DNA of 64,000 nt, taken from the human T2T-CHM13v2.0 reference genome, Homo sapiens. The stretch is from NCBI RefSeq assembly GCF_009914755.1, contig NC_060941.1. One strand, written 5' to 3'. This document shows, one piece after another, positions 1 through 19,299 of this stretch (position 1 is its first letter; every line of letters starts with the position of its first letter). The position numbers were made by a program, and so were the translations under genes. The notes beneath the pieces were generated by a model. It had not been told where the DNA came from and did not search any database. It saw only the letters and a program-made list of their open reading frames with translations.

Positions 1-26
1 TGGGCGCCTGTAGTCCCAGCTACTCA

Positions 27-170
<144 letters not shown>

Positions 171-297
171 TCACGCCTGTAATCCTAGCACTTTGGGAGG
201 CCAAGGTGGTTGGATCGCTTGAGGTTGGGAGTTTGAAACCAGCCTGGCCAACATAGTGAAACCCCGTCTCTACTAAAAATACAAAAAAAAAAAATTA

Positions 298-468
<171 letters not shown>

Positions 469-1340
469 TTATAACTAATTTTATAACTAAGATTTTATTT
501 TTCCTTGCTATAATATGTTGGGTCATCACTGTTTCTGTTTTTTGTATGTATTGTCTAGGATTCCTAAAAACTAATTATACATCTTCTAAACCTAAAACTG
601 AAAATAATTCCATTTACACTGAGGAGACAACTGTGCCAAAGCAATTCCAATGAAATGGACAGAATTTAAGCGGACAGCTCAAGCTACTTTTCTTTTCTTT
701 TCTTTTTTTTCCCTGAGATGGAGTCTCTCTCTCTTGCCAGGCTGGGTGTAGTAGCGTGATCTCGGCTCACTGCAACCTCCGCCTCCTGGGTTCAAGCAAT
801 TCTCCTGCCTCAGCCTCCCGAGCAGCCGGGACTACAGGCGCGTGCCACCACACCCAGCTAATTTTCGTATTTTTAGTAGAGACAAGGTTTCACCATGTTG
901 GCCAGGATGGTCTCAATCTCTTGACCTCGTGATCCACCTGCCTCGGCCTCCCAAAGTGCTGAGATTACAGGCGTGAGCCACCGCACCCAGCTGCTACTTT
1001 TCAATAATATAGGACAAAGACAATACTCACAGAATTAGTGTATCATCATCAGTGACTTTAGTGGTTAAAAATAAGCAGCATATAAAAAAAGTGACGAGGA
1101 GAAGACATGGCCCAAGTAGTTGTTGCGGCCATCTTCTGCAAAACAAAAACTATGAACTGAGAAATACATTTACTTTTGTATAACTGGAGGTCAAAATAAG
1201 GTACTGGAGCTCTTCAGAAACCTCCAATCAAACATGTACTCGGAGATGACATCAGTGAAAATGCCACAATAAGAAACAAACGAAAAAAATTTCACCCCTC
1301 CATAAAAGCAACAATAACAACAAAACTGGCAAAAATCAAA

Positions 1341-1585
1341 TATTTACAGTTAGATAGAAGATACAAGTTCTATTGTTCCATAGCAGAACAGGATGACTAT
1401 AGTTGGCAAGGATGTACTGTGTATTTCTAAGTAGCTAGAAGACTTGAAATGTTCCCAACACATAGAAATGATAAATACTTAAGGTGATGGATACCCAAGT
1501 ACCCTGACTTGATCATTACACATTTTATGCCTATAATACTTATATGTACCCCACAAATACATAAATATTACGTATCAATTTTGAA
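1341..1585 (+). mobile_element. L1MA-type 3' end fragment
   Basis: Typical L1MA 3'UTR motifs (gttcccaacacatagaaatgataaat...ccctgacttgatcattacaca), flanked by repeated aaaaatcaaa. Confidence 0.7.
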
Positions 1586-1864
1586 AAATCAAATTTTTTT
1601 ACTTTAAAAATTAACCAAGTCTTGCAATAACCCAAGGAGTTTTCATTCAAGAAAAACGGCTGAATCTCAGTAAGACTAGAGGTTTGTATCATTTTAATTT
1701 ACCCCAAATGTGCCTGTTGGCAGTAACCTTAAAAATAACATCCGTGGCTGGGCGTGGTGGCTCAAGCCTGTAATCCCAGCACTTTGGGAGGCCAAGGCGG
1801 GCAGATCACGAGGTCAGGAGTTTGAGACCAGCCTGACCAACTTAGTGAAACCCCGTCTCTACTA

Positions 1865-2155
<291 letters not shown>

Positions 2156-2770
2156 TCAAAACGTTTGTCTTTATATTGTCTCAGAACTGGCCTACTGCTA
2201 AAGTAGGTACCCTGCATTTGTCAAAAATATTTATAGGCAAATGTTTTAGTCACTGCTGACTGAGGGACAGATAATAAACTAACCAAAAAGCTTAAAAGAG
2301 AAGCCAGGGAAAAAAGCTAGGGAAATGTATGTCCATAAGGGCATTGGTAAGCTCTGATATATTCATGAGAGTCAGAAGGCCACATGCATGCCCAGCATTG
2401 TGCACATACTCAGGAAAGACCTGAGAAGGCCCAGAGTTCTCACCTCTGGTTGATCTTGAGAATTTGCAGAAGTAGGAAGTTGAAGGCTAAGCCAGAGTTG
2501 TAAACTGACTGGCCGTGTGTTCAAAGTGTGCCCCTACACAAATGCCTCTGGCAAAGACTAGGAGAATTTGCGGTTCTAGGTATTAAGAAATTTTTGTACA
2601 GTCATTAGCTGACCACTAAGCTAATGGAACAGAGATTTTAACCCAGGTGCAGTGGCTCATGCATGTAATCCTAGCACTTTGGGAGATCAAGGCAGGAGGA
2701 TTGCTTGAGACCAGCCTGTGCAACATAGTGATACCCTGTCTCTACAAAAATAGGAAGGTGAGCCGGGCAT

Positions 2771-3779
2771 TGAAACCACCTTTGCAAAATTATGACTGAG
2801 ACAGTGAAAGAGATCTAACTTAACCGACTCCACCTTGCTTCTAACCTCCAAGCTGCCCTTGTTCATTCCTGGGCTGACCTAACTTTAGGATAAACTGAGT
2901 TTATAGTTTAAAACAAAGACCGTAACAGCCCTTTCCCAAAGCAGACCTCCTTCTTGCCTGGGGACTAGATTGCCTCTGTAGTACTAACATTAGCCACAAG
3001 ATTAGAAATTATGGTTTAGGAGTCATGAAGCTGGAGGCTACAAGATTCTGACCCTCCCTAAACTGCTCCTAAGATCAGTGCTTGAGATATTTTGCAGACC
3101 CTGCACTTGATGGATCAGCTGGCACCACCCAGATCGATTAACTGGCTCATCTGATCTTGGAGCCCCCACCCAGGAACTGACTCAGTGCAAGAGGACAGCT
3201 TCGACTCCCTATGATTTCATCCCTGACCAATCAGCACTCCTGGCTCACTGACTTTCCCCCACCCACCAAGCTGTCCTTAAAAACTCTGATCCCCAAATGC
3301 TCGGGGGTGGGGTGGGGTACTGATTTGAGTAATAATAAAACTCCCGTTTCCCGCACAGCTGGCTCTGCGTGAATTATTCTTTCTCTATTGCAATTCCTGT
3401 CTTTTTTGTTGTTGTTTTTTTTTTTTGAGACGGAGTCTTGCTCTGTCGCCCAGGCTGGAGTGCAGTGGCGCGATCTAGGCTCACTGCAAGCTCCGCCTCC
3501 CAGGTTCATGCCATTCTCCTGCCTCAGCCTCCTGAGTAGCTGGGACTACAGGCGCCCACTACCACGCCCGGCTAATTTTTTTGTATTTTTTAGTGGAGAC
3601 GGGGTTTCACCGTGTTAGCCAGGATGGTCTCGATCTCCTGACCTCGTGATCCGCTCCCCCTAGGCCTCCCAAAGTGCTGGGATTACAGGCGTAAGCCACC
3701 GTGCCCAGCCTGCAAGTCCTGTCTTGATAGATTGGCTCTATCTAGGCAGCGGGCAAGGTGAACTCCTTGAGCAGTTACA
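2771..3779 (+). mobile_element. Solo ERV1-class LTR (LTR8-like), interrupted by an antisense AluY at ~3404-3710
   Basis: TGAAACC...GTTACA termini, 4-bp TSD GCAT (2767-2770 and 3780-3783), internal AATAAA at ~3334. Subfamily assigned from memory of the consensus. Confidence 0.8.
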
Positions 3780-4159
3780 GCATGCTGGCACATGCCTGTA
3801 GTCCTAGCTACACAGGAGGATGAGGTGGTAGGATGGCTTGCACCTGGGAGTTTGACGCTTCAGTGAACTGTGATTCTAGCCTGCACTCTAGCCTGGGCGA
3901 CAGAGCAAGACCCTATCCTCCACCACCTACCGCCCCCCAACCAAAAAAAGGACAGAGATTTTAAGGTCACAAATGACAAATACAGACTGTACAGAATTAG
4001 GTTGGGAAAGACACTAAACAAACAATACTAATACAACAAGTAGAACTAACTGGGAGGGAATTGAATGTGATTTCCAGAGTTGCCACATTATAATATGCAA
4101 AATGTTCTGTTTTCAACAACTACTAAAATCACGGTATGCATAGAAATTATTTTAAAATG

Positions 4160-5295
<1,136 letters not shown>

Positions 5296-5929
5296 CTAAC
5301 TTTGGGAGGCTGAGGCGAGGGGATCGCCTCAGTTCGAGAGGCCAGCAGTTCAAGAACAAGCCTTGGCAACATAGCAAGACCCCATCCCTTACCAAAAAAA
5401 AAAAAACTGGCCAGGCACAGTGGCTTACCCCTATAATCCCACTTTGGGAGGTCAAGGCAGGAGGATCACTTGAGATCAGGAGTTTGAGACCAGCCCGGGC
5501 TACACAGCAAAACCTCTTTTCTACTAAAAATAAAAAAAATTAGCTGGGCGTGGTGGTACCCATCTGCCACTTAGCTACTTGGGAGGCTGAGGTGGAAGGA
5601 TCCCTTGAGCCTCAGGAGTTTGAGCCTGCAGTGAGCTATGATTGTACCACTGCAATCCAGCCTGGACAACAGATCAAGATCCTGTCTCAAATAAATAAAA
5701 TAACATAAAATAAATAAGTATATAAAATATTTAACAATTAGCTGGGTGTGGTGGTATATGCCTGTGGTCCCAGTTACTCAGGAGGCTGAGGTGGGAGGAT
5801 CACTTGAGCCCAGGAGGTCAAGGCTACAGTGAGCCATGATCGCATCATGGCACTCCAGCCTGAGTTGACAGAGTGAGACCCTGTCTCAACAAAGAAATTA
5901 GAAATAAATATATATATATAAGTTCTACT

Positions 5930-6710
5930 TTCAAAAGATATCTAGAATCCAATCACTTCTCCCTGTCTCTACTATAATCAACTTGATGCAAAATATTAAC
6001 ATCTCCTTTCTCATTTATTGCAAGAGCTAAGAACACTGGTTACAACATCACAGTCTACACAAAACAAGAGTGATACTCAATATGAGTTATATCACGTTCC
6101 TCTTCTGCTGAAAACAGAACACAATTCAAAAACAAATCTATGAATGTATGGCTTACTTTGTAAGAATAAAATTCAGAGCTTAAAATGGATTACAAGGCCA
6201 TTCATTATCTGCCCTGCTCTCTAACCACCACCACCACCCTGTTCCGAATTCCCACCAATAACTCTGACCTCATCCCTACCACTGTTCCCCAACTTCACTA
6301 TGATCTGACTACAGTAACCTACCACTGTTCTTAGAGTACATCAAGGACACTGCAACTTTTGTTTTTGCACTTACTATCCTTTGGCTATAATGATCTTTCC
6401 TCTGATAACCACACACCTTGCTTTATTTCATTAACTCTGCTCAAATATTACCTTAATAGTGAGGTCTCCTTTACCATTCTCTATAAAATGTGAACCATGC
6501 TCAGCTCCCTTCCCCCCTTTCCTGCCCTTTATTTTGCCCATCACTATCATTAACATCTGGCATATTATTTACTCTTTTATGTTGTCAATCTCCCCTCACT
6601 AGATTTTAAACTCCATTAGAGCAGGACTTTTTGTCCACTTTTATACGCTCAGCATCTATAAGAACACCAGGATGTAAAAAGTGCACCACAAATATTTGCT
6701 GACTGAATTA
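5930..6710 (+). mobile_element. L2 (L2a-like) 3' fragment
   Basis: atatctagaatccaatcacttctc... through the terminal caaatatttgctgactgaat motif. Confidence 0.65.
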
Positions 6711-6961
6711 GTGATGAGAAAAATTTAACAGGAAAGAGAAAACTCACCTGTACTACCATTAAAAACTATAGAAATAAAACTAGCAGGCCGGGCGTGGTGG
6801 CTCACACCTGTAATCCCAGTACTTAGGGAAGCAGAGGCCGGTGGATTGCCTAAGGTCAGGAGTTCGAGAGCAGCCTGACCAACATGGTGAAACCCCGTCT
6901 CTACTAAAAATACAAAAACTAGCAGGGCGTGGTGGCAGGCACCTGTAATCCCAGCTAGTCA

Positions 6962-7066
<105 letters not shown>

Positions 7067-7891
7067 TCAAAAAAAAAAAAAGTTGTTAATAAAAGCTAAA
7101 TAACAGGCCAGACACAGTGGCTCATGCAATTCCAGCACTTTGGGAGGCTGAGGCAAGAAGACTGCTTGAGCGTAGGAGTTTGAGACCAGCCTGGGCAACA
7201 GCTAGAACTACCTCATCTCCACAAAAAAATACAAAAAATTAGCCGGGTGTGGTGGCATACACCTCTGGTCCCAGCTACTTAGGAGGCTGAGGCAGGAGGA
7301 TCACTTGAGCCCAAGAGGCAGAGGTTGCAGTGAGACAAGATCGTGCCACTGCACTCCAGCCTGGGTAATACAGTGAGACTCTGTCTCAAAAAAAAAAAAA
7401 AAAAAAAGGCTGAATAAAGCCTGGCTTGTAGTTCATGCCTGTAATCCCAACATTGTGGGAGGCCGAAGCAGGCAGATAACTTGAGCCCAGGAGTTTGAGA
7501 CCAGCCTGACAACATGGTGAAACCCCGTGTCTACAAATAAATACAGAAATCAGCTGGGTATGGTGGTGTACACTTGTAGTCTTAGCTACTCAGGGGGCTG
7601 AGGTGGGAAGATTACTGGAGCGGTGGAGAGGTTTAGGCTGTAGTGAGCCATGATTGCACCATTGCACTCCAGCCTGGGTGACAGAGCAAGACCCTCTCTG
7701 AAGGGAAAAAAAAAAAAAAAAAGGCCGGGCACAGTGGCTCATGCCTGTAATCCCAGCACTTCGGGAAGCCGAGGGGGGCGGATCACGAGGCCAAGAGGTC
7801 AAGACCATCCTAGCAAACATGGTGAAACCCCCTCTCTGCTAAAAATACCAAATTAGCTGGGCGTGGTGGCACACACCTGTAGTCCCAGCTA

Positions 7892-8050
<159 letters not shown>

Positions 8051-8163
8051 TTATAAATTAAAAATAGATGGCTTGGCGCGGTGGCTCACGCCTGTAATCC
8101 CAGCACTTTGGGAGGCCGAGGTGGGCAGATCACAAGGTAAGGAGATCGAGACCATCCTGGCTA

Positions 8164-8394
<231 letters not shown>

Positions 8395-8845
8395 TCAAAA
8401 CAGACTTATGAATGTATTCAGCTTTATTATAGATATGGCTTTTCAAAACCAGGGGAAAGCCTGGGCAAAGTGGCTCATACCTGTAATGCTAACACTTCAG
8501 GAAGCTGATGTGGGAGGATCACTTGAGGCCAGGAGTTTTAGACCAATCTGGGCAAGATAGGAGAGCCCACTGCTACAATTTTTTTTTTCTTTTTTAAACT
8601 TGCCCAGGTGTGGTGGCATGCACCTGTAGCGCAGCTACTCGGGAGGCTAAGGTAGGAGGATCACTAGAGCTCAGGAGTTGCAGGCTGCAGTGAGCTATGA
8701 TCCTACTCTGCACTCTAGCCTGGGTGAGAGAGTGAGACGTTGTCTCTAATAAGATAAACTAAATTTTAAAAATTTAAGAAAAGGTCAGGTGCGGTGGCTC
8801 ACGCCTGTAGTCCCAGCACTTTGTGAGGCCGAAGTGGGCAGATCA

Positions 8846-9102
<257 letters not shown>

Positions 9103-9461
9103 TCATATAATGGAATACTATGTAACAATTAAAAGAAATATATCCAACAGACCTCTAAAAAACATAAAGTTTCAGAATAACAGACACAATATAAGGTCAA
9201 TTATGTAAACACACATACACAGACGCACATGGAGAAGAAAAACCTTGGTCGGGTATGATGGCTCATGCCTATAATCTTAACATTTTGGAAGGCTGAGGTG
9301 GGAAGATCAAATGAAGCCAGAGTTGGAGATTAGCCTGGGTAACAGAGAAAGATTCTGTCTCCAAAAATGAAACAGAAAAACCCTACAAGGATAATCACCA
9401 AGTCTGTAACTGTCCTTATCTCTTGAAGTACAGAGTAGAATGAAGAGGATCAGTGTTATAG

Positions 9462-9984
<523 letters not shown>

Positions 9985-10216
9985 TCAAAAAAATCAGCCA
10001 GGCATGGCAGCATGCGCACATGGATTCAGCTACTTGGGAGGGTAAGGTGGAAGATCACTAGGGCCCAGGAAGTCAAGGCTGCAGTGAGCTGTGATCATAC
10101 TCTTGCACTCCAGCCTGGGTGGCAGAGAGAAACCCTCCTCAAAAAAATAAATAGGCCAGGCGCAGTGGCTCACGCCTGTAATCTCAGCACTTTAGGTGGC
10201 CGAGGTGGGCAGATCA

Positions 10217-10390
<174 letters not shown>

Positions 10391-10664
10391 TCACTGCACT
10401 CCACCCTGGAGGCAGAGCAAGAGTCCATCTCAAAATAAATAAATAAATAAAATATAATAAAATTTATATATAATTTGTATAAATTAAAACTTATTTCTAA
10501 AGGTGGAGAAGAAGAGGTGCTAAACTATATGTCCAGTATAATCTTGTTTGTTCATAAAATATAGAAATAGATTACATAATTTGGCCGGGCACGGTGGCTC
10601 ACGCCTATAATCCCAGCACTTTGTGAGGCTGAGGCAGGCAGATCACAAGTTCTTCAGCAGTTCA

Positions 10665-10856
<192 letters not shown>

Positions 10857-11827
10857 TCAACAAAAGATAAATAAATAAAATAAATAGATGCATAATTTAT
10901 AAAAGGATACATAATACACAATTAACAATGGTTACTGCTGGGGCACAGTGGCACACAATGGCTCACACCTGTAATCCCAATTAGCTATGCATGGTGGTGC
11001 ATGCCTGTAGTCTCAGCTACTTGGAAGACTGAGGTGGGAGGACTGCTTGAGCCTAGGAGGTCAAGGCTGCAGTGAGCTATGATGGCGCCACCGCACTCCA
11101 GACTGGGCAACATTGTGAGACACTGTCTCTAGAAACACACACGCGCGTGCGTGCACACACACACACACAAGCTATGATGGTGCCACTGCACTCCAGACTG
11201 GGCAACACTGTGAGACCCTGTCTCTAGAAAACACACACACACACACACATAAATGGTTACCTCTGGGGAATGAGGTGGGGAGAAGAAAGACTTACTTTTT
11301 AACCCAAACTCACTTTAAGATAAATAGAAAATTGTATTTTAACTTCCCTTCCCAGCACAAATACTAAAGCAACAGTTTAACCTCCATTTCCAGTCTGAAA
11401 TTAAACCACAGGCCTATTCCTATAACTGTCTTATTTTAGTAAAACAGAAGTGGGTGGAAGAAAGATATGTCACTGAAACACATTAAACTGAGAGACTTGA
11501 GGCTACTGTAAGAACAGCCAAGGAGGTTGATGCTCAAGTTTCCTTAACTAAAATAATGGTAACAATTCACAGAGACTGAGCAGTCCAACTCAGCTGGAGT
11601 GAATGAAAACTACAAGAAAGTTAACTGAACTAGTTCTCCATTAAATTTTGATTAGGCAGCCAGGCGAGGTGGCTCACGCCTATAATCCCAGCACTTTGGG
11701 AGGCCGAGGTGGGCAGATCATGAGCTCAAGAGATCGAGACCATCCTGGCAAACATGATGAAATCCTGTCTCTACTAAAAATACAAAAATTAATTGGGCAT
11801 GGTGGCGTGTGCCTGTAGTCCCAGCTA

Positions 11828-11959
<132 letters not shown>

Positions 11960-12040
11960 CTAATCAGTCCTGCTGGGCGCGGTGGCTCACACCTGTAATC
12001 TCAGCACTTTGGGAGGCCAAGGTGGGTGGATAAGAGGTCA

Positions 12041-12270
<230 letters not shown>

Positions 12271-12905
12271 TCACGCCTGTAATCTAAACACTTTGGGAGG
12301 CCAGGGCGGGGTGGATCACTTGTGGTCAGGAGTTCGAGACCAGCCTGAGCAACACAGTGAGTCTCTACAAAAAATACAAAAATTAGCTGGAAGTGGTAGC
12401 GTGCGCCTGTAATTCCAGCTACTCAGGAGGCTGAGGCACAAAAATCGCTTGAACCCGGGAGGCGGAGGTTGCAGTGAGCTGAGATCACGTCACTGTACTC
12501 CAGCCTGGGTGACTGAGTGAGACTCCGTCTCAAAAAATAATAATAATAAATTTTTTTTTGCTTAGACCTCTATCTTATTTCCATTTTTAAAGAGTACCAT
12601 TAGCATGAAGCATAGTAAATACCTACAAGTACTATGTGACTGGTTAGGGACTTTCAACCTAAATGTGTATCCACTTCTAATTCCACAAAAGAACACTATT
12701 TCCAATAAAGATTATGTGGAGCACACATATTCTCCCCTACTTCCCAGACTGATATTGCATTGAATCTTGTGCTTTTTTGTTCTTATGTTAACTCACCTCT
12801 GAAGAAATACTGTTTCTAGTAATACTGACCAAACATCAGCCATCTGACAACAGCCAGATCATGTAAAGAAAAGAATAAAACTGTATGCTTGCTAGGTATG
12901 TAATA

Positions 12906-13852
<947 letters not shown>

Positions 13853-14287
13853 TATTATAAAAACTAAAAAGGTAATGTGATGAGTTAATTACATATTTCA
13901 TTTGAATATATATTTGACAGTGGTTAGAGGATCAGCTAGATCTTGACCACAACTTCAGAACGCCATTTATTGAGACCACTTATAATGCAAATTTCACATT
14001 ATTGAAATAATAAGTAATATAAATGCTTGAGAAAATGGTATTATTTTTTCTTGGTATTCTTTCTATATTAAAAACTTATTTTGACCAGGCATGGTGGCTC
14101 ACACGTGTAATCCCAGCACTTTGGGAGACCAAGGCAGGCAGATTGCTTAAGCTCAGGAGTTTGAGACCAGCCTGACCAACATGGCAAAATCTCATCTCTA
14201 CTAAAAGTGCAAAAAAAATAGCTGGGCATGGTGGCACACGACTGTAATTCCAGCTACTCGGGAAGGTGAGGCACAAGAATCACCTGA

Positions 14288-14713
<426 letters not shown>

Positions 14714-14723
14714 TAAAAAATTA

Positions 14724-15077
<354 letters not shown>

Positions 15078-15337
15078 TCAACTGTGACTAAGAATACTGA
15101 ATAATAATGAAGTTTCTTATCTCCCTGCAGTTACTATTCATGATAATGTACAAGGAAAGTTATAGTATTAAAGAAAAGTTTTAACCAGTCCTAGGAGAAC
15201 GCCAAGATACATCAGGTTGCTTTTCTACAAGTGGGTGGCAGAAATAAGTTGTGATATGATTTTGTTTAATATGACCTTCTTTTCTTTACATGAAACACAT
15301 GCAAACGATTTTCAAAAAGCTGATAAGGACGAATGTC

Positions 15338-15459
15338 GGGAAAGGGTATTGGCAATGCAGTGCTCGTTTTAAAAAATAAATGCAGGCCAAGTGCAGTGGG
15401 AAAGGGTATTGGCAATGCAGTGCTCGTTTTAAAAAATAAATGCAGGCCAAGTGCAGTGG
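15338..15459. repeat. Perfect 60-bp tandem duplication
   Basis: 15338-15399 is identical to 15398-15459. Confidence 0.95.
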
Positions 15460-16471
15460 CTCATGCCTGTAATCCCAGCACTCTGTGAGGCTGATGCAAG
15501 CACATCACAAGGTTAGGAGATCGAGACCATCCTGGCTAACACGGTGAAACCCTGTCTCTACTAAAAATACAAAAAATTAGCCAGGTGTGGTGGCAGGTGC
15601 CTGTAGTCCCAACTACTCAGGAGGCTGAGGCAGGAGGATGGCGTGAACCCAGGAGGCGGAACTTGCAGTGAGCCAAGATCGCACCACTGAACTCCAGCCT
15701 AGGTGACAGAGTGAGACTCTGTCTCTAAATAAACAAATAAATAAATAAATGCATCTTTAATGTCTGTGTTTAATCATGTCATAGCTTTACTTTCTACATA
15801 TCAGAGAAGGAAGAATGACCCATTTCTGGGGGCGGAGGTAGGGTGCGGTTAAAAGCTTGCTGATCCAGTGTTTTAGATGTCAACTTACAATTTGGTGCCA
15901 GATTTTCATCTTAGGAGACACTTATTCATATTTGCCTAACAATGAGTACAATAATAGTTGCAGTATAAATTCTAGACTGAAACACTACTAAATTATTACT
16001 GTTGAACTAGATTAAAATTCATAGGCATTCCTGTTTAATAAACCCAATATAAAAAACTGATTAGGCTGGGTGCAGTGGCTCATACCTGTAATCCCAGCAC
16101 TTTGGGAAGCCAAGGTCCAGGAGTTTGAGACCAGCCTGGGCAACATGGCGAAATCCCATCTCTACAAAAAAATACAAAAATTGGCCAGACGCGGTGGCTC
16201 ACACCTGTAATCAATCCCAGCACTTTGAGAGGCCGAGGCAGGTGGATCACCTGGGGTCATGAGTTCAAGACTAGCCTGACCAACATGGTGAAACCCCGTT
16301 TCTACTAAAAATACAAAAATTAGCCAGGCGTGGTGGTTGGCACCTGTAATCCCAGCTACTAGGGAGGCTGAGGCAGGAGAATCACTTTAACCTGGGAGGC
16401 AGAGGTTGCAGTGAGCTGAGATGGCGCCACTGCACTCCAACCTGGGTGACAGAGCGCAAGACTCCATCTTA

Positions 16472-16648
<177 letters not shown>

Positions 16649-17984
16649 TCAGATAAATAAAGAGGTCATTAGTAGGCCAAGTACAGTGGCTCACGCCTGT
16701 AATCCTAGCACTTTTGGAGGCCAAGGCAGGTGGATCACGAGGTAAGGAGTTCAAGACCAGCCTGGTCAAGATGGTAAAACCCTGTCTCTACTAAAAATAC
16801 AAAAATTACCCGGGCATGGTGGCAGGCGCCTGTAATCCCAGCTACTTGGGAAGCTGAGGCAGAGAACTGCTTGAACCCAGGCAGAGGTTGCACTGAGCAG
16901 AGACAGCTCCACTGCACTCCAGCTTGTGCGACAGAGCAAGGCTCTATCTCAAAAAAAAAGATCATTAGTTGTATTCTTCCCTCTGTAAAAGGATTTTTCC
17001 ATTAAATAGTAAGTTCCTCTAAAGCATTTAAAATTTATTTGCAGTTCGGTGCAGTGGCTCATTCCAGTAATCCTAGCACTTTGGGTGGCCAAGGTGGGAG
17101 GATTACTTGAGACTAGGAGTTGGAAACCAGCCTGGGCAACTAGTAAGACCACCTGTCTCAAAAAAAAAAAAAAAAAATTATTAAGAAAAAAAAAGAAACA
17201 AGCAGGAATCGAAAGCAGTATATAGGATAATATTACAAAGTCTAACTGGCTTTTCTTTAATAGCAGATGTAAGCAAAGAAATCTAAGAACACTGGCAATA
17301 AACTGACTATCTAATCTCTCTCCAGAGAATCACAGAATTTCCATGCTAGAAGGAAACAGAGTTGAGACAATGTAGGTCCAGAGACGTAACTTACCCAAGG
17401 TCCCACAGACACCAGTAATACTAGAACTTCACTAGAATATGTATAATACACACAAAAAAAAACACAAATTTATATAAATTATAAGAGTACATTTTGTTTC
17501 ATAGTTCGGAACTGACTCCCTTCGTAAAATCCTGATGACATCACCTTAAAGCTGTCATTGTCTCCTTATCCAAATTAATTTCAAAATAATAACATCAAAA
17601 GATATAGATGATCTGGTTCCAAAAAACAAGATGAAAAAACATTCCAACAGAGAGCTCTGGAAAACCTTGTAGCTAAAATTTAAATCGTTTATTTGCTACA
17701 AACCACAAATCCCTTCTCCCTTTCTTTTTCTTTTCCGCAACTACCTCTAAAAAGGAAAAAAAAAAAAAGGGCTGGGTGTGGTGGCTCACGCCTGTAATCC
17801 TAGCACTTTGGGAGGCCAAGGTGGGTGGATCACAAGGCCAGGAGTTCGAGACCAGTCTGGCCAACACGGTGAAACCCTGTCTCTACTAAAAATAGGAAAA
17901 ACTGGTCGGGTATGGTGGTGCAGTAATCCCAGCTATCGGGAGGCTGAGGCAGGAGAATCGCATGAACGCAGGAGGTGGAGGCTA

Positions 17985-18125
<141 letters not shown>

Positions 18126-19086
18126 TCACCTGAGATCAGGAGTTTGAGACCAGCCTGGCCAACATGGTGAAACCCCATATCTACTAAAAACACAAAAATT
18201 AGTTGGGCATCATGGCACGTGCCTGTAGTTCCAGCTACTCAGGAGGCTGAGGCACCAGAATCACCTGAACCTGGGAGGCGGAGGTTGCAGTGAGCGAAGA
18301 TCACACCACCGAATCCCAGCCTGGGCAACAGAGTGAGATTGTCTCCAAAAAAAAAAAAAAAAAGAAAAGAAAACAAAAAACAAAAGTAGCTCTTTTTCAA
18401 TAAGTGCAATTCAGTATACAGTGCGTTGGCTTTTCTTGGACCTATAAAAAAAGGGCGACATATACAAAAAATGCTCTACACTTAAGAACCTACCCTAATC
18501 TAAAACTTTTAGTTTTCTTTTTGCCTGTCCTTCCTGCCACATATAATTCCTCACTCTGCAGATAGTAAGCCAAACATGAAGTGCCCAGAATAGCTATACG
18601 TATGGTATCTTATTATCACAAATTAAAAGTAAAACTGAGGCTGGGCGAGGCGGCTCACCCCTGTAATCCCAGCACTTTGGGAGGCCAAGGCGGGTGGATC
18701 ACTTGAGGCCAGAAGTTCGAGACCAGCCTGACCAACACGGTGAAATCCCATCTCTACAAAAAAATGTAAAATTTGCCGGGGGTAGTGGTGCATGCCTGTA
18801 ATCCCAGCTACCTGAGAGGCTGAGGTTGAACCCAGGAGGCGGAGGAGCCGAGATCGTGTCATCGCACTCCATCCTGGACAACAAGAGTGAAACTCCATCT
18901 CAAAAAAAAAAAATAGGCCGGCACGGTGGCTCATGCCTATACTCTCAGCACTTTGGGAAGCCAAGGCGGGCGGATCACCTGAGGTCAAGAGTTTGAGACC
19001 AGCCTGGCCAAAATGGCAAAACCCTATCTCTACTAAAAATAAAAAAATTAGCCAGGTGTGGTGGCGGGCACCTGTAATCCCAGCTA

Positions 19087-19299
<213 letters not shown>

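Noticed and set aside
1125-1135. YY1-like motif (AAGATGGCCGC on minus) or possible processed-pseudogene start
   Set aside because: A single imperfect motif, with no recognisable parent gene, poly(A) or TSD. Better explained by the cryptic-exon hypothesis or by chance.
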